NCBI RefSeq assembly: GCF_947568905.1
Contig: NC_079170.1
Span: forward strand, 40,300,001 to 40,364,000
DNA length: 64,000 nt
Source of the DNA: Ostrea edulis
Lineage: Eukaryota
Reading direction: 5' to 3'
Part shown: positions 47,483 through 54,608 of the stretch, piece after piece
Layout: every line of letters begins with the position of its first letter
How positions within the stretch are numbered: position 1 is the first letter of the stretch
Translations under genes and position numbers: made by a program
Notes under the pieces: generated by a model
The model's database searches: none
What the model saw: the letters and a program-made list of their open reading frames with translations, nothing else
What the model was told of the DNA's origin: nothing

Positions 47483-48886
47483 ATGATGCACAGAGAATCT
47501 TGCGCTTGTGGCACCAGCAGTTTAGAACTGTTTAAAGTGCCCCCGACCAACGTCACTTTAGAAGATTCGAAATGGATGGAATATTACCCCATTTCCAGTA
47601 CCCTCAACTCGGATACGGCTCCGATTGAATTTGAAATCAAAGGACAAGGAGATGAATATCTGGATTTATCCCAAACTTATCTCCAGATGGTCTGTAAATT
47701 CACGAAAGCCAATGGAACGAATCTCACAGGAGGCCATTCGACCTCCACCCCCGTGAATAACATTCTCCATTCCTTGTTCAGTGAAATCGATGTCAGTCTC
47801 AATGGAAAAGTCATTACCCCGGGGACGGATACTTATCCCTACAAAGCGTATCTGGAGAAATTGCTGTCTTATGCACCCAAGACTCTGGAAACCCAGATGA
47901 GAGCCTGTAGCTTGTGGGAAAAAGATACGGCAGGACATATGGATGAGGTCAAATTAAAAGCTCTGGCTCAAACTCCTGTGGAATTTGCAGTAGTGAATAA
48001 CAAAGTCAACATCGCGGCCGTCATCCCGACTCCGGAGTATCCGGATGATTCCAAGAATGTAGGGTTGAGAAAACGTCACGAGAAGATTACAGACAGTAAG
48101 GAGATCGTGTTGATGGATCGATTACATCTGGATTTGTTTGAGCAAGAGAAATGTCTCCCTAATGGTTTGGATGTCCGTCTCAGATTCAATCGCGCTCGAC
48201 CCCAGTTCTACATGATGACCGATGCCGGGAGTAGTGGGAAAGTGGTCATTCAAAGTATGATCTTGTGGGTGAGGAAAGTCAAACCTGTGCCGAGTATCAT
48301 TAATCTCATCAATCAGCAACTGAGTACTCAAACGGCGAAATATCCATTGAGACGAGTGGAAGTGAAAACCTTCACCGTTCCTAGTGGCACCCAATCTAAA
48401 ATCACCGATCATCTGTTTCAAGGACAGATGCCTAAACTGATCGTGTTGGGTTTTGTGGACAATGCGGCTTTTAATGGGGATAATACCAGAAACCCCTTTC
48501 ATTTCCAAAATGAGAGAGTCAAGAAATTAGAAATCAGTATCAATGGAGAAATGATGGAAACCCGACCTTTGGAACCTAATTTCACCGACGATCAGTACCT
48601 GAGATCGTATTTGAGTCTGTACAAAGGCTTGGGAAAATTAGGCCAGGACTGGGCTCCGGACATTACCCTGGAAGAGTATAAAAACGGTTACACCCTCTGG
48701 TGTGTGGATTTCACGAAAGATCAAGAAGCCCAGACGGATAAATTTCATCTCATACAGACGGGGAACTTGAGAGTGGAAGTGCAATTTGCCGCCAACGTAG
48801 CCAGGACCTTAAACTGTGTGGTGTATGCCGTGTTCGACAATCTGCTAGAAATCAACAAACAACGAGAAGTCAGCATCGATTACTAA
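47483..48886 (+). CDS. Major capsid protein (double jelly-roll)
   Basis: 467 aa; N-terminal HRESCAC...[24 protein letters not shown] and LHLDLFEQ motifs typical of Polinton MCPs; TATAAA at 47410. Confidence 0.92.
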   Translation: MMHRESCACGTSSLELFKVPPTNVTLEDSKWMEYYPISSTLNSDTAPIEFEIKGQGDEYLDLSQTYLQMVCKFTKANGTNLTGGHSTSTPVNNILHSLFSEIDVSLNGKVITPGTDTYPYKAYLEKLLSYAPKTLETQMRACSLWEKDTAGHMDEVKLKALAQTPVEFAVVNNKVNIAAVIPTPEYPDDSKNVGLRKRHEKITDSKEIVLMDRLHLDLFEQEKCLPNGLDVRLRFNRARPQFYMMTDAGSSGKVVIQSMILWVRKVKPVPSIINLINQQLSTQTAKYPLRRVEVKTFTVPSGTQSKITDHLFQGQMPKLIVLGFVDNAAFNGDNTRNPFHFQNERVKKLEISINGEMMETRPLEPNFTDDQYLRSYLSLYKGLGKLGQDWAPDITLEEYKNGYTLWCVDFTKDQEAQTDKFHLIQTGNLRVEVQFAANVARTLNCVVYAVFDNLLEINKQREVSIDY

Positions 48887-48893
48887 GAGAGAG

Positions 48894-49391
48894 ATGGATA
48901 CTCAGCAATTGAGAGATGTTTTACAACGAGATTTAGGACCGGCGTTTGCAGGTGTGTATCCTCGAGATGTCATACCTGAGCTGTTACCTCATCACAAAGC
49001 CATCGTGGTGAATACAGACCCTCACGATCGCCCTGGAGCGCATTGGGTCTGTTTGTATTTGAGTAGCCCTACCGTCGAATATTTTGATTCTTACGGATTA
49101 CCTCCCAGCCATAAAGACATCCAAGACTTTATTCAACGCCACGGAGAGACTTGGATTCATAACACCCATTGTTATCAAGATTTGAATATGGATGTCTGTG
49201 GACAATACTGTGTGTATTTTTTACATCAACGCCATCGACACAGAAGCACCGTACAAGAATGGTTACTTCCCTGGAAAGGCACGGCCTTACAACGCGATCG
49301 TTTTGTGGCTGATTGGTTTAAAGAGACCTTCCGAAAACCGAGAACCCATCAAGGACAAACTTGTCAATGTCAAAGACTGAATGTATTGTAA
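48894..49391 (+). CDS. Adenain-like cysteine maturation protease
   Basis: Catalytic motifs GAHW (His), YFDSYG (Asp) and Q-x5-CGQYC (Gln, Cys). Confidence 0.93.
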   Translation: MDTQQLRDVLQRDLGPAFAGVYPRDVIPELLPHHKAIVVNTDPHDRPGAHWVCLYLSSPTVEYFDSYGLPPSHKDIQDFIQRHGETWIHNTHCYQDLNMDVCGQYCVYFLHQRHRHRSTVQEWLLPWKGTALQRDRFVADWFKETFRKPRTHQGQTCQCQRLNVL

Positions 49392-49422
49392 ACTATGTTA
49401 TTGTTATTGTTCATAGTTGGAG

Positions 49423-49431
49423 TTTAATAAA
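49423..49431. terminator. Overlapping bidirectional poly(A) signals (AATAAA plus, ATTAAA minus)
   Basis: TTTAATAAA lies between the convergent protease and 98-aa genes. Confidence 0.5.
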
Positions 49432-49476
49432 ACGTTGGAAAAAAAATTTTTTTTTTCTTGTCATTGTAATCAACCA

Positions 49477-49519
49477 TGTCTTTTCAAAAAGAATGGGTAG
49501 CCCTGAAAAGGGCTGTTTT
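49477..49519 (-). terminator. Histone-type 3' stem-loop plus downstream element (SL1)
   Basis: Minus strand reads AAAAC-AGCCCT-TTTC-AGGGCT-ACCCA-TTCTTTTT-GAAAAGACA; stem-loop at 49499-49514. Confidence 0.8.
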
Positions 49520-49593
49520 CTTTCTCTCTCTGTTCTTGGTCTTTTCTCTTCTTCTTCTTCTCTCTTCTCTTCTCCTTCTCTTCTCTGTCCCCC

Positions 49594-49890
49594 TCACTGT
49601 CTGTTCTTCTTCTTCTTTCTTCTCTTCTTTTTCTGCTCCTCCGGGGGTTGCTCGTGGTCAAACACAAAAACAGGCAACCACCCGTGTTTAAAAAACAATC
49701 TCCCCGGAGGCCGCTGCACCACTTCTAACTCTGCGTCCCAGTTTTCCTCAGGCGGGGGCAGATCCTGGCTCATGGGCGGTGGGGGAAGAGCCTCCCGTGA
49801 GGCCGGCGGGGCAATCTCTTGGTCCCAATCCTCCTCGCATTTGTAACAATAATCATTCACTGTAGGGTCTGGTCCTACTCTACGGCTCAT
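49594..49890 (-). CDS. 98-aa Pro-rich protein with CxxC and a basic NLS-like tail
   Basis: ORF with its own promoter motif (49956-49981) and a 3' stem-loop; ends KKKRRKKKKNRQ. Confidence 0.65.
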   Translation of the reverse strand: MSRRVGPDPTVNDYCYKCEEDWDQEIAPPASREALPPPPMSQDLPPPEENWDAELEVVQRPPGRLFFKHGWLPVFVFDHEQPPEEQKKKRRKKKKNRQ

Positions 49891-50064
49891 GGTTCTGGTT
49901 CCTTAAAAAATCGGAATGCCCGATTTTTGACGTTGCGCTCGTTTAAAAAGGCGAGAGCGCGGACGTCCTTGAAAACATCCCCTACCTCAGATGGCTGACG
50001 TCATGTTGATGACTCATCAAAAAACACTGTATAAATAGGTCACTTGTTACCATTTTTCTCAATC
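49891..50064. promoter_or_regulatory. Divergent promoter with CRE, AP-1 and TATA boxes
   Basis: TGACGTCA 49996-50003, TGACTCA 50010-50016 and TATAAA 50030 (+); the 26-nt motif at 49956-49981 is shared with 51992-52017. Confidence 0.65.
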
Positions 50065-50460
50065 ATGTCGTTTGAACGGTACGTGCACGATGAGAAAGAT
50101 GTACTAGTGTGTGGGTATTGCCGAGGACCTTGGAGAACTTGTGGTTGTTTTCATTATAAAAAAGAAAACATCCTGGCCAAACATAAGTGGATAAAGTATA
50201 TGGCAGAGCTGAATTATTGTCCCTTTGTCTATAAATGTTGTGGTCACACTAGAGAACCCTGGCTACCGTGTAAGTGTCCGCAGCATTGTACCATCACCCC
50301 TGAAGAAGAAATAGCACATAAGGACTGTACCTGTGAGATCTGTCAGGAGTTTAGAGAGCGCTGGACTCAGAGAAAGTTTAAACCCCACCTGTTTCAACAT
50401 TGTCCTTACAGTCAAGAACCCCGGTTAACGTGTACCTGTGAGACCTGTCAACCAGCATGA
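50065..50460 (+). CDS. Cys-rich putative zinc-binding protein
   Basis: Repeated C..PW..CxC and CTCExC motifs; ATG 30 nt after TATAAA. Confidence 0.7.
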   Translation: MSFERYVHDEKDVLVCGYCRGPWRTCGCFHYKKENILAKHKWIKYMAELNYCPFVYKCCGHTREPWLPCKCPQHCTITPEEEIAHKDCTCEICQEFRERWTQRKFKPHLFQHCPYSQEPRLTCTCETCQPA

Positions 50461-50954
50461 CGGTGACGGATCTACGAGGAGATGTATTATCTCTACCTTG
50501 GGTGGATGCTATTGTACAACAATGTAACTGTTTAACGGTGAAACCTCATGGATTAAGTCAACGTATTGCCGACCGATTTCCTTGGGCTAATCTGTATGCG
50601 ACCCGACAACCTTTAGGACGGAGAAATTTAGCTATAGCAGCGGATCGAGGAATACCGGGTACTGTGTGTATTATGCCTCGTTCTACTCATCCTGATGTGA
50701 TCTGTTTGTTAGCGCAATGGGATTACGGGAGAGGCACTCAACGCTTACCCTTGTATGCCGATACCCCCGAACAACGTGAACTTTGGTTTCAACAATGTTT
50801 ACAGGAATTAGGCACTTTGTCTTACCAGACTTTAGCGTTTCCTTATCGTATTGGATGTGGATTAGCCGGAGGCAATTGGGCTCATTATAGACAATGGATT
50901 TGTGACTTTGCTTATCAGTATCATAAACATGTTTACATTGTCAAGAAAATGTAA
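50457..50954 (+). CDS. Macrodomain protein (TARG1/DarG/Poa1-like ADP-ribose processing)
   Basis: GD, QQCNC, GLS..IA.RFP and AFPYRIGCGLAGGNW motifs. Confidence 0.85.
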   Translation: MTVTDLRGDVLSLPWVDAIVQQCNCLTVKPHGLSQRIADRFPWANLYATRQPLGRRNLAIAADRGIPGTVCIMPRSTHPDVICLLAQWDYGRGTQRLPLYADTPEQRELWFQQCLQELGTLSYQTLAFPYRIGCGLAGGNWAHYRQWICDFAYQYHKHVYIVKKM

Positions 50955-51044
50955 CTTTATTATAGCTTTATTCTAGCTATTACTTGTGTTAATAAAACTT
51001 TTTTAAAACAAACTTGTGTGTTTCTTGATTTTTGCCATAAAAAG

Positions 51045-51086
51045 TGTCTTTTCAAAAAAGTTGGTGGCCCTGAAAAGGGCCGTTTG
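51045..51086 (-). terminator. Histone-type 3' stem-loop plus downstream element (SL2)
   Basis: Minus strand reads CCAAAC-GGCCCT-TTTC-AGGGCC-ACCAA-CTTTTTT-GAAAAGACA; stem-loop at 51066-51081, 24 nt after the stop of 51105-51890. Confidence 0.88.
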
Positions 51087-51104
51087 GTCCTAAGGACCGA
51101 CTTT

Positions 51105-51890
51105 TCATTCCCTGCTTCCGGTAAACCGGCATAACGGGCACCGTCCCCGGGTGTGTCGCCGCTCCTGTAACTCTTCCACGCACGAGCAGCAAGCTGGGCG
51201 CTGCCCACATCCCCTACACGTAATTCCAGAGTGTACCCTGTCTTGCCAGCAGACAGGACACTTAAACCAGATAGGAACCGCCCTATCTGCCCAGCCAGGG
51301 ACAGTCATAGGGTGGTTCCTCGGGGGATGAGTTGCCACCGGTGCGTGGGTTGGTCTCGGTGGCGGAGTCCTCCCTGCAAACCGGATGGTAGGTGGTGGGG
51401 GTCTTGCAGGGGCTGCTGGTCTCGGTGGTGATGCTGTGTCTGCCACCAACAGCGACGGACTCTGACGTGGGCTGGGAGGTGGTGCGGGGGACGGTGACCT
51501 CGGTGAATAGTCCACCGGTGACGCTGGTGAGTCGCTCATCGGCACCGGGCTGTATTCCACTGGTGCCGATGGGATCGCTGGTGGTGGTGTTGTAGGCGTC
51601 GCCGGGGAGTAAGGTGGTGGTGGTGAGGGTGGCTGTGGGGCCCGTCGGCGCGGTCTCGTACCCGTGGAGATTCGAGCGGTGCGGCGGCGTCCACTCCCTT
51701 CATACTCTGCCCGCACCCGACAGATGATCTCACGGACCCCACTCTGGTCGAAAGGGGAGAAGGTGCTCAGGTCGTTCTCAGAACGCACGACCCAATTCTC
51801 CCCTACCCGTTCCTCAGCCACCACTACCAGCCGGTACCGAAAGCCAGGCAAGGTCTGGAAATTGTAGAGCGGGTCTCTTCTTGCAGCCAT
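51105..51890 (-). CDS. Pro/Ser-rich protein with C-terminal all-Cys RING finger (putative E3 ligase)
   Basis: CPVC-x10-CRGC-x5-CCSC-x13-CPLC; PPPY and three YSP motifs including YSPRSPS. Confidence 0.8.
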   Translation of the reverse strand: MAARRDPLYNFQTLPGFRYRLVVVAEERVGENWVVRSENDLSTFSPFDQSGVREIICRVRAEYEGSGRRRTARISTGTRPRRRAPQPPSPPPPYSPATPTTPPPAIPSAPVEYSPVPMSDSPASPVDYSPRSPSPAPPPSPRQSPSLLVADTASPPRPAAPARPPPPTIRFAGRTPPPRPTHAPVATHPPRNHPMTVPGWADRAVPIWFKCPVCWQDRVHSGITCRGCGQRPACCSCVEELQERRHTRGRCPLCRFTGSRE

Positions 51891-51978
51891 TCTTCTTCTT
51901 CTTTCTTCTTAAATAATCTTCAAAAATCTTCTACAACTGTGCTGGATCACCAGTGAAGCGAACTGGCGAGTGCGCCGG

Positions 51979-52061
51979 TATATATCAGGAAAGCGCGGAC
52001 CTCCTCGAAAACATCCCTCGCTTCGGAGACGAAGCCAAGATGGTGGCCGTCAAAATGGCGG
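51979..52061 (-). promoter_or_regulatory. Promoter of RING gene: TATATA, shared 26-nt motif, YY1-like CAAAATGGCGG
   Basis: 51992-52017 is 24/26 identical to 49956-49981, with a TATA-like box 6-7 nt downstream in both. Confidence 0.6.
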
Positions 52062-52453
52062 ATTTGTGCTTTCGAGTAGAGAGTTTTTTCTCATTTGTCT
52101 TTTTCTAGACATTCGATATCTGTGCAAGGTAGATTTAATCTGATAGATTCTGAGACGGCGAATGCGTTAAACTTATTTTTATTTTGCTACGTCGCATAGT
52201 TTTCAAAGAAACAGCGGTTAAAGAGGTCGAGTCGAGGTTCAATGTTTCTTCACCCCCTCTTTAAAAATTTATTTCTCGACCATGTACATCCCTAAAAACA
52301 TCTCATAAGGTCTATTCGATAGAAAACACCTTATTTGATTCGATTTTCACTCTACCTTTAGGATTTTCTGGATTCCTCAACAAATAAACCCTTCTCTGAG
52401 AGACTCAACCAAACACAGCTTTCGTGTAAACAATTTTATTCATGTCACATATT

Positions 52454-52672
52454 TCAAATACATAACTCCCACACACAACACCAATGCACATGTCTTTTTA
52501 AAATAGGGTCCAACATTTTTTCCATTTCTCGAATCCTGCGTTGAAATCGATAGCGATCAGCGGCTACAGTCATCCAGATACTTGTCCGGTCTTCTTCGGG
52601 TAACAGATACACTTCATTATGATCCAGATTAAAAGTCACACGTTTAACTTGACGTACATCTCTCGAAGACAT
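52454..52672 (-). CDS. PPP1R15 (GADD34/ICP34.5/DP71L)-like PP1 adaptor, 72 aa
   Basis: RVxF motif KRVTF followed by R..IW...AADRYRFQRRI...MLDPIL, matching the eIF2alpha-phosphatase recruiting domain. Confidence 0.88.
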   Translation of the reverse strand: MSSRDVRQVKRVTFNLDHNEVYLLPEEDRTSIWMTVAADRYRFQRRIREMEKMLDPILKRHVHWCCVWELCI

Positions 52673-52941
52673 CGTAGTCTGATTTTCTCGATTTCTGCTC
52701 TGTCTGTGGGTCGAATTCGTTTCAATTCCTGGCCCATTAAATGAATCAGTACTAAGGCTTGCGGGGTGATCCGGTTCTCGATCAAATACTGACAGAGACA
52801 TGGATAGTTCTTTAAGCTGATGGGAAATAATTCTTCTCGCATATAGTGTAACACAAATTCAATCTGCTCAGAATGAATGTCTGTGAGATAATCCAATACA
52901 TAAACTATCGCTTTCTCTGTGATGTGGTCACTGCTGGCCAT
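52636..52941 (-). CDS. Alpha-helical protein, paralog A of the Bcl-2-like triplet
   Basis: Aligns with the two upstream ORFs (LVLIHLMGQELKRIRP..AEIEKI..CLREMY). Confidence 0.6.
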   Translation of the reverse strand: MASSDHITEKAIVYVLDYLTDIHSEQIEFVLHYMREELFPISLKNYPCLCQYLIENRITPQALVLIHLMGQELKRIRPTDRAEIEKIRLRCLREMYVKLNV

Positions 52942-53275
52942 CCTCCGGGAATAAATGAAATGAATTAAGTTCTTCACACTTTATGTATACTTCTCGAAGC
53001 CAGTCCTTGGTGATACTTTCAATCTCGGCGGTTTTTTCAGGCATGCGTTTCTTGAATTCCTCCCCCAGGACATAAATTAACATCAATCCCGCATCGTTAT
53101 AGAGATTGATGTATATCCGGTTCCGTAGATCTGTATATTCGTCCAGAGTCATTGGAAACACTCCCGCTATCAGAAATTTTTTAGCGAATTGAAACACCGT
53201 ATCGTCTTGCATTTTCTCGACCCATTCTAATGCATGGTTATGCGCTTTTTCTGCGATGTTGTCACTTTCAGCCAT
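52928..53275 (-). CDS. Alpha-helical protein, paralog B of the Bcl-2-like triplet
   Basis: LMLIYVLGEEFKKRMP..AEIESI..WLREVY; own TATAAAA at about 53311-53317. Confidence 0.6.
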   Translation of the reverse strand: MAESDNIAEKAHNHALEWVEKMQDDTVFQFAKKFLIAGVFPMTLDEYTDLRNRIYINLYNDAGLMLIYVLGEEFKKRMPEKTAEIESITKDWLREVYIKCEELNSFHLFPEDGQQ

Positions 53276-53311
53276 GGTTTGTAAATGAAAAAATTCCAAA
53301 ACGTTCTTGTT

Positions 53312-53644
53312 TTATAACAGGGCCGCCATTCCTTTCATACGAATCAGTTCCACGAATCCTTTTTGTAGACAATCGCGTAAGATCCGATCAATGTCACTCA
53401 TCTGGTCTGGAAGATTCTGTTTCAATTCCTCAGCATACAAATAAATCATGAGTAAACGTCCCGTATTGGTATTCTCCGCTAATGAATCAGCAATCCGTTG
53501 AAAACTATGTACATTTCTGACCTCCGGTGACATCTGTTGTACAAATTGACGAGCATTTTGAATGTGAGGGTCATGTAAGGCCACGTTCATACATTGTAGT
53601 ACATAACTATATCCATTTATTCTCGTAGTACCACTGCCGCCCAT
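53312..53644 (-). CDS. Putative viral Bcl-2-like protein, paralog C
   Basis: BH1-like FQRIADSLAENTNTGRLLMIYLY (cf. NWGR); MGGSGT possible myristoylation; TATAAATA at 53675-53682. Confidence 0.6.
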   Translation of the reverse strand: MGGSGTTRINGYSYVLQCMNVALHDPHIQNARQFVQQMSPEVRNVHSFQRIADSLAENTNTGRLLMIYLYAEELKQNLPDQMSDIDRILRDCLQKGFVELIRMKGMAALL

Positions 53645-53698
53645 AGTAAATAACGAACGTTCAGAAAACACCTGTATTTATAGGTAAAGGTTATGCAT

Positions 53699-53748
53699 CA
53701 CGTGATCAAACACCTGCACCACGTGATCAAACACCTGTACGTCAGCTG
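53699..53748. promoter_or_regulatory. E-box-rich direct repeat in divergent promoter
   Basis: CACGTGATCAAACACCTG at 53699-53716 and 53720-53737; CAGCTG at 53743. Confidence 0.6.
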
Positions 53749-53783
53749 GTTTTTCTACAGTCATTCTTGTCTGACCTTCAGTC

Positions 53784-54290
53784 ATGGATACACGGAGAAT
53801 TTTAAGAGCGAGACACCGCCGCCAGGGAATACAACCAGTGAAGAATTTAACCATAGTAGAAGATTATGTAGACGAGATGGAGATCTGGGACAATTTAGTA
53901 CAGAGATGTCGCCATCGATTACGCTGGGGCCGATCTAAAAATTGGTGTTTTGACTATGTATTGCGGTCACATGAAACAGTGGAGGATATTTACCTGCGTT
54001 TAAGTGACATGTACCTGAAAAATTCCCCCCTCATACAGTACATGATTTACCAGTTTTACACGTTATTGAACGGCACTCAAAAAGTATCGGGATTTATTCG
54101 ACTGGAGAAACCACGTTACCGGAGAAGTGTATGGGTATTGTTTTGGGATGCACACTGGATGTGGGAAACCGTCGAAGAGATACGTTTCCCCGGGAGAAGA
54201 GCTCGACAATTAGTACAACACATTATATCCGAAGATCATGACTTACACGTGTATATAGAAGAACCTGCGTATGAAGCCGGCCATTTTTAA
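53784..54290 (+). CDS. Derived CRESS-virus Rep (HUH) origin-binding-like domain with catalytic motifs lost
   Basis: KNWCF (motif I) and YMIYQ-x6-G-x5-GFIRLEK-x13-AHW have the same spacing as nanovirus-type Rep YLVYQ-x6-G-x5-GYIEMKK-x13-AHF; HxQ is replaced by KVS and there is no YxxK. Confidence 0.65.
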   Translation: MDTRRILRARHRRQGIQPVKNLTIVEDYVDEMEIWDNLVQRCRHRLRWGRSKNWCFDYVLRSHETVEDIYLRLSDMYLKNSPLIQYMIYQFYTLLNGTQKVSGFIRLEKPRYRRSVWVLFWDAHWMWETVEEIRFPGRRARQLVQHIISEDHDLHVYIEEPAYEAGHF

Positions 54291-54309
54291 AAATAAAAAC
54301 TTCATGCAC

Positions 54310-54325
54310 AGCCCTTTTTAGGGCT
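54310..54325 (+). terminator. Histone-type 3' stem-loop (SL3)
   Basis: AGCCCT-TTTT-AGGGCT followed by AC, starting 20 nt after the stop; AATAAA at 54292; no downstream GAAAAGA. Confidence 0.6.
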
Positions 54326-54376
54326 ACTTTAAACACCAATATAAGTTCCATTCCACTAAAGTCAATGTGTACCAAT

Positions 54377-54450
54377 GTGCACTAGCACGCGCTGGTCGCG
54401 AGAAACCGGCTTTTCAAGTTCAATTAGTGCACTAGCACGCGCTGGTCGCG
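54377..54450. repeat. 24-bp direct repeat x2 (period 50)
   Basis: GTGCACTAGCACGCGCTGGTCGCG at 54377-54400 and 54427-54450, each followed by a GAAACCGG(C/T)TTTTC-like motif. Confidence 0.9.
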
Positions 54451-54608
54451 CGATGTTCTAGCTGAAACCGGTTTTTCCAGAAAAAGATGATGCAACCACG
54501 TGCTCCCCACGTGCCCCTCACGAGACAATAGTCTAGACATTTTGCTGGCTATAAAAGCGGAGCCCCAGTGTCAGTCCTCAATCGATCTTCAATCACCTTC
54601 CAGAAGAC

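Noticed and set aside
49361-49846. Overlapping or antisense ORFs in the Polinton (49361+, 49470-, 49476+, 44025-, 46902-, 48122-, 51231-51867 and others)
   Set aside because: They are shadows of real genes or of low-complexity purine tracts, with no motifs or promoters.
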